Assembly: GCA_964247055.1 (NCBI GenBank)
Contig: OZ176058.1
Span: 4,898,001-4,962,000, forward strand
DNA length: 64,000 bases
Source of the DNA: Paragordius varius
Taxonomy: Eukaryota > Animalia > Nematomorpha
Direction of reading: 5' to 3'
The notes below the pieces were generated by a model, which searched no databases, was not told the DNA's origin, and saw only the letters and a list, made by a program, of their open reading frames with translations. Below, piece by piece: positions 41,301-52,879 of the stretch (the stretch's first letter is position 1; every line of letters starts with the position of its first letter). Both the position numbers and the translations under genes were made by a program.

Positions 41301-43938
41301 ATATAATTGATTTCATAACCTTTTTTTTCTTTATAATTATATGGATTTCAAAATATTTGTAATATTAATAATTTTTTAAAAAAATAACATTTTTTTAGTT
41401 ATATTTTAACTATAATATTAAAAAATTTTTAAATTTAAACAATATTATTAGGAACTATCATATAATATAGTAGTTTTTTAATAAAATTATAAGCTTTTTT
41501 TAATTTATACAGTAAAACTTGAAATTATACGGACAAAACTTAAAAAGATAAAGACAAATATTATTTTCTAAAAGACAACCATACTTTTTACAAGCTTTAT
41601 TCCTTTAAATATAAGCTATTTAGTAGTATAATTGTAAAATATAGAATTGATTGTATAAGTATTATATATTTCTATTTAACATTTGCCCTATAAAAGATTA
41701 AATAATTTAAAAAAGTATGCTTGTTTTTAACAAAAAATATATGTCTAGATTAAGTTATATTAAAAAGGAATTTGTATTATAAAAAGTATGGGGTTTTCTT
41801 TGGAAAAATATATTTGTCTTTATATTTTTACGTTTTATCCGTATAATTCCAGTTTACTGTAATTATGATTATAAAATTAAAACATTATTATTTTAAAAAT
41901 TTTATTAGGATATATATTTAAACTATTTAAACATTTGATTTTATAAACTTTTTTTTTATGGTTTTCAAAATATTTAAATAATTTTAAAAAAATTAACATT
42001 TTTTTAGCTAAATTTTTGTTAATATTTTTTTATTTTAACTAAAATTTTAAAAAATTTCAAATTGAAACATTATTATCTAAAAAATATAATAGTTTTTAAA
42101 TTTAAAAAGTTATAAGCTTTTTTTTGTAATTAATTTTAAAAAATTAATATTTTTAATTTCTAAATTAAACATTTTTTTATATAAGTATTTATACAATTTT
42201 TGATAGTTTTTATCTAAAATTTATTAAAAATTTCAAATTAAATCAATATTATTTAAGAAATATAATATTGATAATTGTATAAATTTAAATAAGTTATAAG
42301 GTTTTTATTTTTTATAGTTAAATTTTTCCAAAAATTTTCATATTTTTTATTTTCAAATCAAACATTTCATTTTTTTAAATTAAAGCTTTTTTATTTATAT
42401 ATTTTTACAATTTTTGATAGTATTTAAAATTTCCAAATTAAAACATTATTATTTTTGAAATTTTTGATTTTTCAAATATTTTTATATTTTAATTTTTTAT
42501 AATTAAATATTTTTCTAAAAAGTTTTGAAATTTTTTTAGTAATTTAATATTTCATTATTTAACTTTTAGCTTTATTTATAATTTTTACAATTTTTGATAG
42601 TTTTTAAAATTCCAAATTAAAACATTATTATGTTTAAAAAAAATTATTAATAAATTTATAATTTTTTATATTTTACCAAATATAGACATCCTTACAAAAA
42701 AGGGAGAAACTCTTTTCAGACATTGATGGCGAATTGAATTATTACAGGCACAAGGAAAAAGAAATTAACAGCCTTGTGCAATCTATTCAAGATTTAAATA
42801 CGCTTTTCCAAGATATAGGCACCTTGGTTCACGATCAGGTAAAATTTTATTTTATAATTTATTTTAACTTTTTTATTCTATAATTGTTAAATATATTATT
42901 TGCACTTCAAGAATGTCTTTGAACACTTCGTGTTGCTTAAAATTTAAATTAACCATAATTTTTACATGCATTTTTTTATTTTATTATATTTTAACCCAAT
43001 TTTCTTTATTTATTTTATATTTATTCATTTAAAAATAAATTTAATTATTCAAAGACCAATTTTTTGTTTCAAACTAATTATTTCCAATTTCTCAAAATTA
43101 TTAATTAATTAATAACCGAGAAAATCTATATTTTTTTAAATATTTGTTATAATCATATTGATATATAAAACATCTTTTGAGCCTGTTTTTAAATGATCAA
43201 GAGTTTATATAGATTTAAACTTTATGCTAAGTAAAGAATATAGGTAAGAATGATTAAATATATGAATAATACATGATTTGATTAATAAACTTTAAAAACA
43301 GAACAGTCAAAGGACCACCTTGAACTGTTCAAAGACACTCTTGTGCAAATAGTATTAAAATATGATATATAAATTTAAATGTTTAAATATTACCATTTTA
43401 ATTTACTTTCAAATTTAAATACTTTAGAATGTAAAATCCAATTTAAAGTTTTAAATTTAACGATTTATCGTTATTTATACGAGAAAACTTAGAAATTCAA
43501 AGGTTTATTTCATTTAATTGTAATACAGAAATGTTCCGTAAAAATTGAAGTTATATTTTGGACAAAACGTAAAATAATAAAAGCAAATATTTTTTTCTAA
43601 AAGACAATCATGCTTTTAAAAACTCTAGATTTTTTTAATATAACTCATAGTATATACTGTATGAAATAGAGATGTATTACACAATAAATTTGAAAAAACT
43701 TATATTTTTGTATCTCTTTATGTTGGTATAATATCAATTTTTTACATAGGGGACAACGTTAGATCGTATAGATTACAGTATTGAACATTCCACGCAAACC
43801 ATAAGCACAGGTTTAACCGAATTAACTAAAGCGGCCACTTTGCATAGCAGAGCATCTTATGGCAAACTTTTATGCATTTTCTCGTTGGCTTTTTTAGTTT
43901 TACTCTTGTGCGTGGCATTAATTATTTTGAAATTATAA
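26239..43938 (+). CDS. STX16: Syntaxin-16, right-arm copy, 9 exons, ~437 aa
   Basis: Exons 26239-26325, 27002-27112, 29718-29849, 35391-35570, 35982-36177, 40114-40214, 41045-41209, 42686-42838 and 43750-43938 total 1314 nt, are in frame and use GT-AG. The last exon differs from the left copy only by 4 synonymous changes. Confidence 0.92.
27113..28080 (+). repeat. Tandem MITE-A-terminus/donor array in STX16 intron 2 (right arm)
   Basis: Units of about 140 bp start 'ttttacagtaaaagtcaaaattatacggacaaaacg'. Confidence 0.8.
28841..29123. mobile_element. Family D TIR element next to a (TA)n tract
   Basis: (TA)n|TCATTTACAATTC ... GAACTGTAAATGG|TATATA with subterminal CACCCTTGAAC motifs. Confidence 0.7.
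30770..31052. mobile_element. MITE family A copy
   Basis: TA|CAGTAAAAATTGAAATTATACGGACAAAATG ... ATAATTTCAATTTTTACTG|TA. Confidence 0.8.
31315..31373 (+). ncRNA. HDV-like self-cleaving ribozyme at the retrotransposon 5' end
   Basis: P1 GGGATGC/GCATCCC, P2 CTCCC/GGGAG, P3-L3 ACC-TCCTCGC-GGG, GG for P1.1, a minimal P4 and J4/2 GCTAA. This matches the HDV/R2 ribozyme layout and starts exactly at the TSD boundary. Confidence 0.8.
31911..34931 (+). CDS. APE endonuclease-reverse transcriptase polyprotein (1006 aa) with a PHD-like Cys/His finger after the RT
   Basis: APE motifs GTWNV, LQETR, GGDFNGH and SQIDFVL. RT motifs YRPLKLL, FIDLSRAFD, LHQGSILSP and YADD. The segment CSIC...CTKC..WVHKKC...CKAC lies at ~34140-34275. 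Confidence 0.93.
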   Translation: MLPEKKSFNIKNNNFKFGTWNVGTLVGKAWMIINAIKEQKLDICCLQETRFKNGGNYQHEGFTLYYEGGKSGKSGVAIAINDQIKDNIIDITRHSDRIIQMRVALNNTTLNILSIYTPQQGQNETTKQEFWNQLYQIAQNVPTTDILLIGGDFNGHIGMHADGYEGIHGGVGIGSRNKEGETLLEFCRAANLLICNTHFCKKPSQIHTYKSGNHTSQIDFVLLNQQLRKIITNFKTYEYDTQHKLIVAFLIINKNRPSPKKLPQLNVAKLNDPKTKHQYINQITPELKHSPNNVHDGWEHLKNTLLSNVSKICGRKRTKTKSQWWWQSDIKPLLNEKRDAFKKWKASKHDDDKHFYIMVKKRVKKIIADKMNERCLEMAKKLEGEIKNLKVFKTLKNINNNKKDIRVVKAIKDKNNNTVTDTLSIQNVWTQYMQNTLNFQHSNVEIPNLPPVIGPPPIITPEDVSLAMQKCKINKASGPTEIKTEMYKNIPEAITYFTELFNLIIMEEKIPNDWNQSVIIPIYKNKGDMLNCASYRPLKLLEHATKLFEIIIEKKIRQLCSIDENQFGFQQGISTSDAIFILRRLQENYRCKNKTLYHIFIDLSRAFDCIPRSMITFALRKKEIPEWIIRIINLLYENTTSCVRTPVGDTNQFPVTVGLHQGSILSPLLFIIIMDVITDNIKTGLPFEMMYADDIILTATSETDIINKYNLWKSTLEKFGLKINTDKTKALITGSPVPVIKFPCSICHSEVKLNSIKCTKCQLWVHKKCSQIKGSLLGIENFICKACATPDINPNNPTQTTYLPTTNIEIVNKYNYLGDTIAADMNIKNAITTRTHQAWAKFHQLKYIMKHKHISNPNKGKIYTIAIRPALTYASECWPLNQTNENKLCDIERKILNSCLTNQYHNDKTNNNKSIHNLFHIAPMSSFLRANRLRYWGHIERSNSWINKIRSFHPNGNLKRGRPYHDWEKTLSNDLHLTQLNKDDCLDRKLFRSRIWKLAHAGQTTT
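36178..39420 (+). repeat. STX16 exon-5 3'-end plus donor echo array, right arm (~19 units of ~160-190 bp)
   Basis: Repeated 'caacttaaacgyaatatwacaac...gtcaatccacttaycttaaag|gttttg'. Several units translate to QLKRNITTFLAKQLCDLTLSFRRSQSTYLK. Confidence 0.93.
40424..40927. mobile_element. Family D element with 21-bp minisatellite (mirror of 14298-14869)
   Basis: TA|CCATTTAC ... GTAAATGG|TA. Confidence 0.7.
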
Positions 43939-44344
43939 TATATTATTCCTATTTATTTATTTCTTTATTTGATTCATATATGTTGTTATATACTACAAAT
44001 GAAATAAATACAAAACTTTAAATGTTTTTATCTCGAATATTTTTGTTTTGTATATCTAAAACTACATTTCATTTTTTGAATTCATTATGATATTGAAATA
44101 CTTTAATTTTACAGTAATATTTAAAATTATAAAGACAGAACATAATAAGTTAAAACTAATTTGGTTTATCTTATATTAAATAAAGGCAGACGATTTTGTT
44201 TTTGTAGTTTTCTATTCTACATAAACTTTTAAATTATATGATCTATTAAATTACCATAAACGAAATTATAAAGTAAACACATCAAAACAGTTGGATTTTA
44301 CTTGGTTGAACAGTAAAAATTAATATAAATTAAAACGGTCATTT

Positions 44345-45155
44345 ACACAGCAGAGCGTCTTATGGCAAACTTTTATGCATTTTCTCGTTGGCTTTTTTAG
44401 TTTTACTCCTGTGCGTGGCATTAATTATTTTGAAATTATAATATATTCTTATTTATTTATTTGATGTTGTTATACAGTAAAAATGAAATAAATACAAAAA
44501 ACTTGAAATGTAAATATCTTGAATATTTCTGTTTTGTATATCAAAATCTACATCATTTTTGAAATTATTATATTCAAATAATTGAATGTTGTGTTGTATT
44601 ATGGTAAAATTTGAAATTTTATGGACAAAACGTGAAAATATAAATACAAATATTTTCTAAATGACAACCATACTTTTTAAAACTTAAATGTTTCCCATAT
44701 GAGCTACTTAGTTACAATTGTAAAATATAGAATAGATTGTGTTAGAATTATATATCTCTATTTCACATTTTGTCGTTTAAAACAATAAATTATATCGATA
44801 TAAATCTAGATTTCAAAAGTATGGTTGTCTTTTAGAAAAAATAGTCTTTATATTTTTACGTTTTGTCCATAGTTATAATTTCAGTTTTTACTGTATTTAA
44901 AATTATAAAGACAGGACATAAAAAGTTTAAACTAATTTATTTATCTTTTGCTCAAGTAAGCAGACGACATTTTTGTATATGTTTTCGATTCTACTTATAT
45001 ATTTAAATTATAACAAAATTAAAAACCAAATATTACTTGAAATCGAAATTGCAAACTGGCCAATTGCACAACATAGCTTTTATACATTTATTCATTTTCT
45101 TGCTAGCTTTTTTAATGTTACTTTTCTGGTCATGGCATTAATTATTTGAAAACTA
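44345..45155 (+). repeat. Echoes of the STX16 last-exon 3' end and stop
   Basis: 44348-44441 is a near-exact copy of 43848-43938. A degenerate copy lies at ~45070-45155. Confidence 0.8.
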
Positions 45156-46902
45156 TAAATTTTCTCATTTATTTATAATTTTTTGTGATGGTATTAACAT
45201 TTAAATACTGAAAAATAACATTTGTTTCCTAATTATAATCAATCTTTTTAATTGGTATTAAATTGCGCTGTAAATTGAACCAATATATCTAGTAAATTAA
45301 ATAATTGATATTTGGAAAAAATTACATAAAATTGTCTTTTAAAAGAAAATAGATTTTAAAATGCTTTATATGTAGATTATTATAATTTTCTGATTTTTTT
45401 AGGTGTAAAGTCCGACTTTCACAAGGGCTTCTCATGCTCTATTACATTAAAAATTGAAATTATACTACGGACAAAACGTAAAAAGACAAAGACAATTTTT
45501 TTTTCAAAGACAGCCACCATACTTTTTTAACCTGCCTTAATTTATCCTATAAAAATAATTATTTAATTGCAATCATTAAATACATTCCTAATTGATTCTG
45601 TATTATCAATTAATAGGTCTATATTATACTTTGCAGTTTAAAACAATGAGTTATATTTAAATTAATCAAGAGACAAAAAGAATGGTTGTGTTTTATAAAA
45701 AAAATTTGTCTTTATATTTTTACGTTTTGTCCATCCGTATAATTTCAATTATTACTGTAAATATTACAATGCCTGCAGTCCACACAATCGAGAAAGCGGT
45801 AACTGGCGATTATAACCAGAGCTCATAAAACGACTCAGAAATAATGGACAGTAAATTATGAAAACAAATTATTAAAAATTAAAGATTATTGAACATAATA
45901 ACATATTAAGAGTACAGTAAAATTTGAAATTATACGGACAAAACCTATAAATAAAAAGACAAATATTTTTTTTCTAAAAGACAACCAACTTTTTTAAACT
46001 ATTGTAAAGTATAAATGATATATATATTTATTGGTGACACAATCAATTATATATTTTATAGTTGTAATTATAACATATGAAAAAAATTAAAGTTTATTAA
46101 AGTATGGTTGTCTTAATATTTGTCCGTATATTTTTGCTTTTTGTCCGTAAAATTTCAGTTTTTACTGTATGTTTTTTTAAACTTTTATCTCTCTATAAAA
46201 ATTTATTCACTATATTCCTTGCACAATTAAATAATATCAAAGTTTAATAAAATATAAATAGTATAAAATTTAAATTATGCACTCAAAATGTAAAAACATA
46301 CGATAATTTTTTCAAGAGTGCCGTTTTTAAAAACATTTTTCCAAATATATCTTATTGTTTAAAATTTCAAACAATTAAATATACAATTTTTATTTAATAT
46401 TATATAAAAATTAAGGGGCAAAAAGTACATATGTCTCTTGAAACATAAAATTTCGTTTTTATGATTTAGAGTAAAAAGTGAAACTATACGGACAAAAAGT
46501 AAAAATATATGGACAAATATTTTTTTCTAAAAGATAACCATACTTTTATAAACCGTATTTTTCCCATATAAATTATATAATTCCAATTATAAAATATATA
46601 ATTTATTGTGTCACCAATATACATATCAATTTTATATCAATTTAAAACAATGATTTATATTTTTAAAAGGAAGTTTAAAAAAGTATGGATGTTGTCTTTT
46701 AGAAAAAAATCATTATCTTTATATTTTTAAGTTTCCACAGTATAATTTCAATTTTTACTGTATTATTTTTTAGTTATTCTACATAAATTACACTACACGT
46801 AATTTTTAATTGAGAATTTTTAGATACTATGTTAATCATTTAAATAATATTTATTGTTGGTTATATTTAATAACTACTTAAATATATGTTATAAAATCAA
46901 CC

Positions 46903-49900
46903 ATGACTACTGTATTAAAGACATGTAAATCTATATTTATAATTTTGCACATTACAACAATGATTTCGATTAAAAATCATGGAATTGTGAAAAGTCAATC
47001 ATCAGCTTTGGGAAAGAAAATTAATTCAAATTTATTGCGACGAAAAAAATGGAGAAATTCAGCCCGAAATCCTCAAACATTTGACCAATTTGATGTTTAT
47101 GATAACTCTTTTTACCCAGAACAAGGGGGACGACCTATAAACGCCGAAAATACAGTAAAACAAATACAGTCATGTATTTTTTTTATTTTATCAAAAATTT
47201 ATTTTTTTTCCGTTAAATGGGTGGGTATAAACATTTGGTAATGAATGGCAAAAAACAAGAGCTTTATGGTATTAACAATATATCATATTCATCAAAAAAG
47301 TATAAGAATTACCATAGAGCTCTTGTTTTTTACATTCTTTACCAAAAATGTATACCCCCATTTAACGAAAAAAAATAAATTTTTGATAAAATCAAGGATA
47401 CATGACTGTAAAATATTTATATTGTAAAAATAATTGAAATTATACGGACAAAAAAGTTTTTTTGCCACCATATACAGCAAAAATTGAAATCATACGGACA
47501 AAACGTAAAAATATATAGGCAAATAATTGTAATTGTATCCACAAGAAACAATCATACTTTTTAAAACCTTAATTTTTCTCATATAAGCTATTTAGTTACC
47601 GTAAAATACAGAATTGATTGTGTTAGTAATATATAAATCTCTATGTTGACTTAAAACAATAAGTTATATTGATATAAATCAAAAAAATATTTGTCTTTAT
47701 ATTTTCACGTTTTGTCCATATAATTTCAGTTTTTACTGAATTATTTAAACTTTAATTAATAATACACGAGATATAGAATAGAGATGACCTAGGTATAAAA
47801 AACTGAATAATATGACTGATTTTACAAGAAAAATCAAATGCATATAGTATAGTCAAAATAACTAACGGACGAATTTCTTTTTACTAAATGGACAGACATA
47901 GAGTAAACATGAAAATTTACAGACAAAGCGTATTATATGGACAATTTTTTTAAAAAAAACCTTAATACTTATATAAAATATGTACCTACCACTGTAAAAT
48001 ATAAAATTGATGGGGTTTTATATTTCCATATGTTTTTGATACAATACAAATTAAAATAATGAGCCATATTTAAAAAAATCAGGATTTAAAATGTATGGTT
48101 GTCTTTTAAAAAAATATCTGTCTTTATATTTTTACATTTTGTCCGTATTTCAATTTTTACTGTATTTTTTTTCCTTTTTCTTTATGATTTAAGTTTTGTC
48201 TGTAAATTTCAATTTTTAATCTAAATTGGTACGCACCTCCTTCAAATCAACATGCTTTAAAATATTAGTGCAGATAAGATAAGACTATATATAAAAATGA
48301 CAACCATATTAATGGTTTTCTTATAAAAATATTAGTTTTAAATATTAAGTTTATATATTATTTTAATTTCGTGACTCACAACGATGGTTTGCGTTTATAA
48401 TATCAAAATTCAATATGGAGAAATATAAAGTAAAAACTGAAATTTACGGACAAATATTTTTTTCTAAAAGACAACCATACTTTTATAAACTTTAATTTTT
48501 CTCATATATATTGCAATTTTAAAATATAAAATTAATTATGTCACCAATATAAATATAAATTTTATACTTTAAAATTTAAAACAAAGATTTATATTTTAAA
48601 ATGAAGTTTAAAAGGATGTTGTCTTTTAAAAAAAAATATTTATATTTTTAGGTTAATTTCAAAATTTAGTGTATTAATGTTTAGCTTTTATTCTTTACAT
48701 AAATTATACTACATATTTTTTTACCAAATAGAGAATTTTAAGATAATATGTTAATCATTCAAATAAAAATGATTGTTGGCTATATTTAATAACTACTTAA
48801 ATATGTTATAAAATCAACCATGACTACTGTATTAAAGACATGTAAATCTATATTTATAATTTTGCACATTACTATTACAGCAATAATTTCGATTAAAAAT
48901 CATGGAATTGTGAAAAGCCAATCATCTTTGGGAAAAAAGAAAATTAATTCAAATTTATTGAGGAAAAAATGGAGAAATTCAGCGCGAAATGCTCAAACAT
49001 TTGATTCTTTTGATGTTTATGATAATTCTTTTTACCCTGAACAAGGGCGACGACCAATAAACGCCGAAAATACAGTAAAATGAATACAGTCATGTATCCT
49101 TTTTATTTTAGTAAAAATTAATTTTTTTTGTTAAATGGGTGGGTATAAATATTTGGTAAAGAATGGAAAAATACAAGAGCTTCTTGGTATTAACAATATC
49201 ATATTCATCAATAAAGTATAAGAATTACCATAGAGCTGTTGGTTTTCCGTTCTTTACCAAGTATTTATAACCCATTTAACGAAAAAAATAGATTTTTGAT
49301 AAAATCAAGGATACATGACTGTAAAATATTTATACTGTAAAAATAATTGTAATTATACGGACAAAAGTTTTTTTGCGACCATATATTTTTTTAACATTAA
49401 TTTATATTACTCAAGATATAGAATAAAGCTTACCTAGGTACAGTAAAAATTGATGATATACGGACAGAAGTAAAAATATAAAGACAAATATTTTTTAAAA
49501 GACAATTATATATTTTTTAAACTTGATATTTTATATTCATTGTTTTAAATGGCAAAGTGTGAAATAGAAATATTTGTCCGCATAATTTCCATTTTTACTG
49601 TATATATTGAGGGTGTTACTAAAATCATCATCCCTTTTACTTGTTTTCTAACACGGATAAAAAACATATATTTTCAAAAAGTATGGTTAACTTAATTTTT
49701 TGTTCTATCTTTATACTAAGTTTAATTTATACCAGTGGTACTCACCAAAAAAATTTGACGGGCCAAATAAAATATATTTTTTTTTCGAGGGTCATGAACC
49801 TTATAATGGCAAATATTCCATAGCTATTTGACACATATGCACATATTATACACTAAATCAGTACAATAGATTTTTTGCGGTTCGCATGCAAATCCAGCTA

Positions 49901-52505
49901 AAAACTTGTTTTGCACCACTTAGTTTATAAAATTAATATACATAGATAACAACATTATTTTGATATTAACCAATAATTTTTGACAAATCTGGTTTCCTCA
50001 TGACAGGCCGATCTTAGTCGTCCATATGATTATCGGTTAAGCGATTTCTGTATGTATTCTTGAAATACTATATTTTTATATATGCCTCTCACACGTGTAG
50101 GTTGAGGGAAAAACAGTTAGAATAACTTGAGCACATTTTTTATATTTTCATATTTATTTGGTGATCTTGCCAAAACTCTACCTATCTTTCTTATGTACAA
50201 TTCTCCTTGAAAGCCTACAAATTGGAATCATTTTTAATATCTATGAATTCTTTCATGGTATGCGCCTGATATCCGAAATGCTCATGTTGCTTAATAATGG
50301 GTATATCCATATGCCATGGATTTTCAAAATTTACGTTTTTTAGCATTAGATGCTTTGAAACTATGAAATATTATGTAATTTTTTTCAAAAAAGGAATATA
50401 ATTTGAATTATGCTATAAAAAACAGGACGAAATATAATGCTGTTGATTTGAAAAATATTTTATGGGAATGAGTTATAAATAAATGATGCAGGATAGCAAT
50501 GAAAAGAATTAGTATATGCAAGTTTAGGTGAAAGGCGTGCTTAAAGAAAAAAAAAGGAATACAAAAATTTTAAAATAGAAAAGATAGAATACAAAAAAAG
50601 AAACATTATGTGCCAAAATTTTAAAATCATTTTAATGTGGGAAATTTTTCTAAATTTCAAATTGGTTAAAAAATAAAAATTACCAAAATTAAATCTAAAG
50701 AAAATAAATTAATAATAAAATAAGAGAAAATTCGTTTATGTGTATTTTAAAAATTCATTAAAAAAATAATTTAAGTAATATGTCATAGGGCAAATTTAAA
50801 ACAATCTTTGGGCCGCGGTTTGAGTATCACTGATTTATACTGTCCTTATATCCCACTTTGCAACTCAAAAAATTCAAATATGGTTTGAAAAAAGTATAGT
50901 TGACTTTCAAAAATGTTTGACTTTTATGTTTTACGCTTAATTTTAATTTTTACTGTATCGTTTTTAATAAATCCAAATTGGTCTTAATATAATTTAAATT
51001 TTTATTGTAATATATAATGTACAAAACGGGAGTTATTTCAGAGGCCTGGCAACAATATTGCTTCGTACGATAATTTTAAGCTTAATTATCTTTATAATAT
51101 TTTCGTTTTATTTTACGTATTGTCCGTGTAATTTCGATTAGGTTCTATTTTTATATAATTTAAATATTTACTTTATCTTTATACTAAATCCAATTTTGTT
51201 TTTATATAAATTTTTACTTACAAATATTTTTCTCACATAATTTATTTATTTACAATTATAAAATATATAATTAATTGTGTTAATAATATACTATTTTAGA
51301 CTTAAAATAATGAGTTATTTTGAAATAAATTAAGCTTTTAAATAGTATTTTTGTCTTTTAGAAAAAACATGTGTCTTTATATTTTACTTATCGTCCGTAT
51401 AATTTCAATTGTTATTGACAAAATAGGAGTCATTTCAGAGGTCTAGCAACAACTTTGCTTCGTATGATGATTTTAAGCCTACTTTTTTGCCTATTATCTT
51501 TATAGTATTTTCGTTTTATTTTACGTATTGTCCGTATAATTTTAATTAGGTTTTATCTTATAATATTTTTTTCTTTATATACAGTAGTATATAATGTTCA
51601 AAAGAGGAGTTATTTCACTTGCCTTTTTAGCTTTTGTCTTATATTTTCGTTTTTCAGTAAAAATTGAAATTATATGGACAAAACGTAAAAATATATAGAC
51701 AAATATTTTTTTCTATAGATACTTTTTAAATTTAGATTTATTTCATTATAACTCATTTTTTTAAATGGCAAAATGTGAAATAGAGATATTAATACTAATA
51801 CAATCAATTCTATATTTAATGATTGTAACTAAATAGCTTATATGTGAAAATTAAGGTTTTAAATAGTATGTTTGTCTTTTAAAAAAACATCTGTCTTTTT
51901 ATTTTTACGTTTTGTCCGTATAATTTCAGTTTTTACTAACAAAATAGGAGTTATTTCAGAGGCCTGGCCCCAACATTGCTTCGTAAAATGATTATAAGCT
52001 TACTTTTTTATTTTTTACTTTAATAGTATTTTCGTTTTATTTTCACGAATTGTCCGTATAATTACAGTTTTACTGACAAAATAGGATTTTTTTCAAAATC
52101 CTAACAACTTTGCTTCGTGCGATGATTATAAACTTACTTTATTACCTTTTTTTATAGTTTTTGCCTTTTATTTTACGTTTTGTCAATATAATAAATTTTT
52201 CTGTACTGACAAACTAGGAGTTATTTCAGAGGCCTGGCCCCAACTTTGCTTCGTACGAGGAATATCCCTTCCAATATTTTCATTACAGTGATTTTGTACC
52301 AATTATTTATCCCAAGCATAAAACATCACTCAAAGGCAAAAAACATCGACATTTCATAGTGGTTAATCCATACAATCGTCAACGCCATAAAAATAAGATG
52401 CTTAATCAAGGACATTTTAAACCAAATAAACCTAAAAGAAGAAACAACAGAAATAAAGGCATACCTGCCCGCAAAAATAATCCAAGAAGAATAAATCAGA
52501 AATAA
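46903..52505 (+). CDS. Orphan putative secreted protein, right-arm copy, with two tandem first exons
   Basis: Exon 1a (46903-47154) and exon 1b (48820-49074) both end INAENT|GTAAAA in phase 0. Exon 2 (52218-52505, ELFQRPGPNFASYEEYPF...) has a shorter C-terminus than the left copy. Confidence 0.6.
47167..47408. mobile_element. MITE family B
   Basis: TA|CAGTCATGTAT ... GGATACATGACTG|TA. Confidence 0.8.
49087..49321. mobile_element. MITE family B
   Basis: TA|CAGTCATGTATCC ... GGATACATGACTG|TA. Confidence 0.8.
49733..50832 (-). mobile_element. Non-autonomous hAT (Buster-type) element, 1100 bp, right arm only
   Basis: TIR CAGTGGTACTCA / TGAGTATCACTG, perfect 8-bp TSD ATTTATAC, and a transposase C-terminal remnant on the minus strand (KCAQVILTVFPSTYTCE). 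Confidence 0.9.
51000..52217 (+). repeat. Echoes of the orphan exon-2 acceptor and first ~14 codons (right arm, ~5 units)
   Basis: 'aaaatag|gagttatttcagaggcctgg...ttgcttcgta'-like copies near 51025, 51425, 51605, 51945 and 52082, each behind a MITE-A end. Confidence 0.8.
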
Positions 52506-52879
52506 GAGCAAAAAAAGTCCGAATTTAAACACAAATTTAAACTAAGATTTTACTTTATGAAATGATGTATAGTTTTTGTGTTATGTTAAAATTATATGTA
52601 ATAGTTTACTATGATTTATTTTAATATAATATATGGTATTTGAAATAAATGTATTTTTAGAGTAATTTTTTTTGTAAAAATTGAATTATACGGATAAAGT
52701 GTAAAAAAAAAGACTATTCAAGACAATATAATTTACCTCGATATTTCTCATAAAAACTATTCAATTGCAATTTTATTCATTAGAACTTTACTAATTTAAT
52801 TCTCGATAATGCCCAAACGATGATTTTTTGAACATATAAAGATTCAAAAGTATGGTTGTATCCCGATCCGATAACTCTA

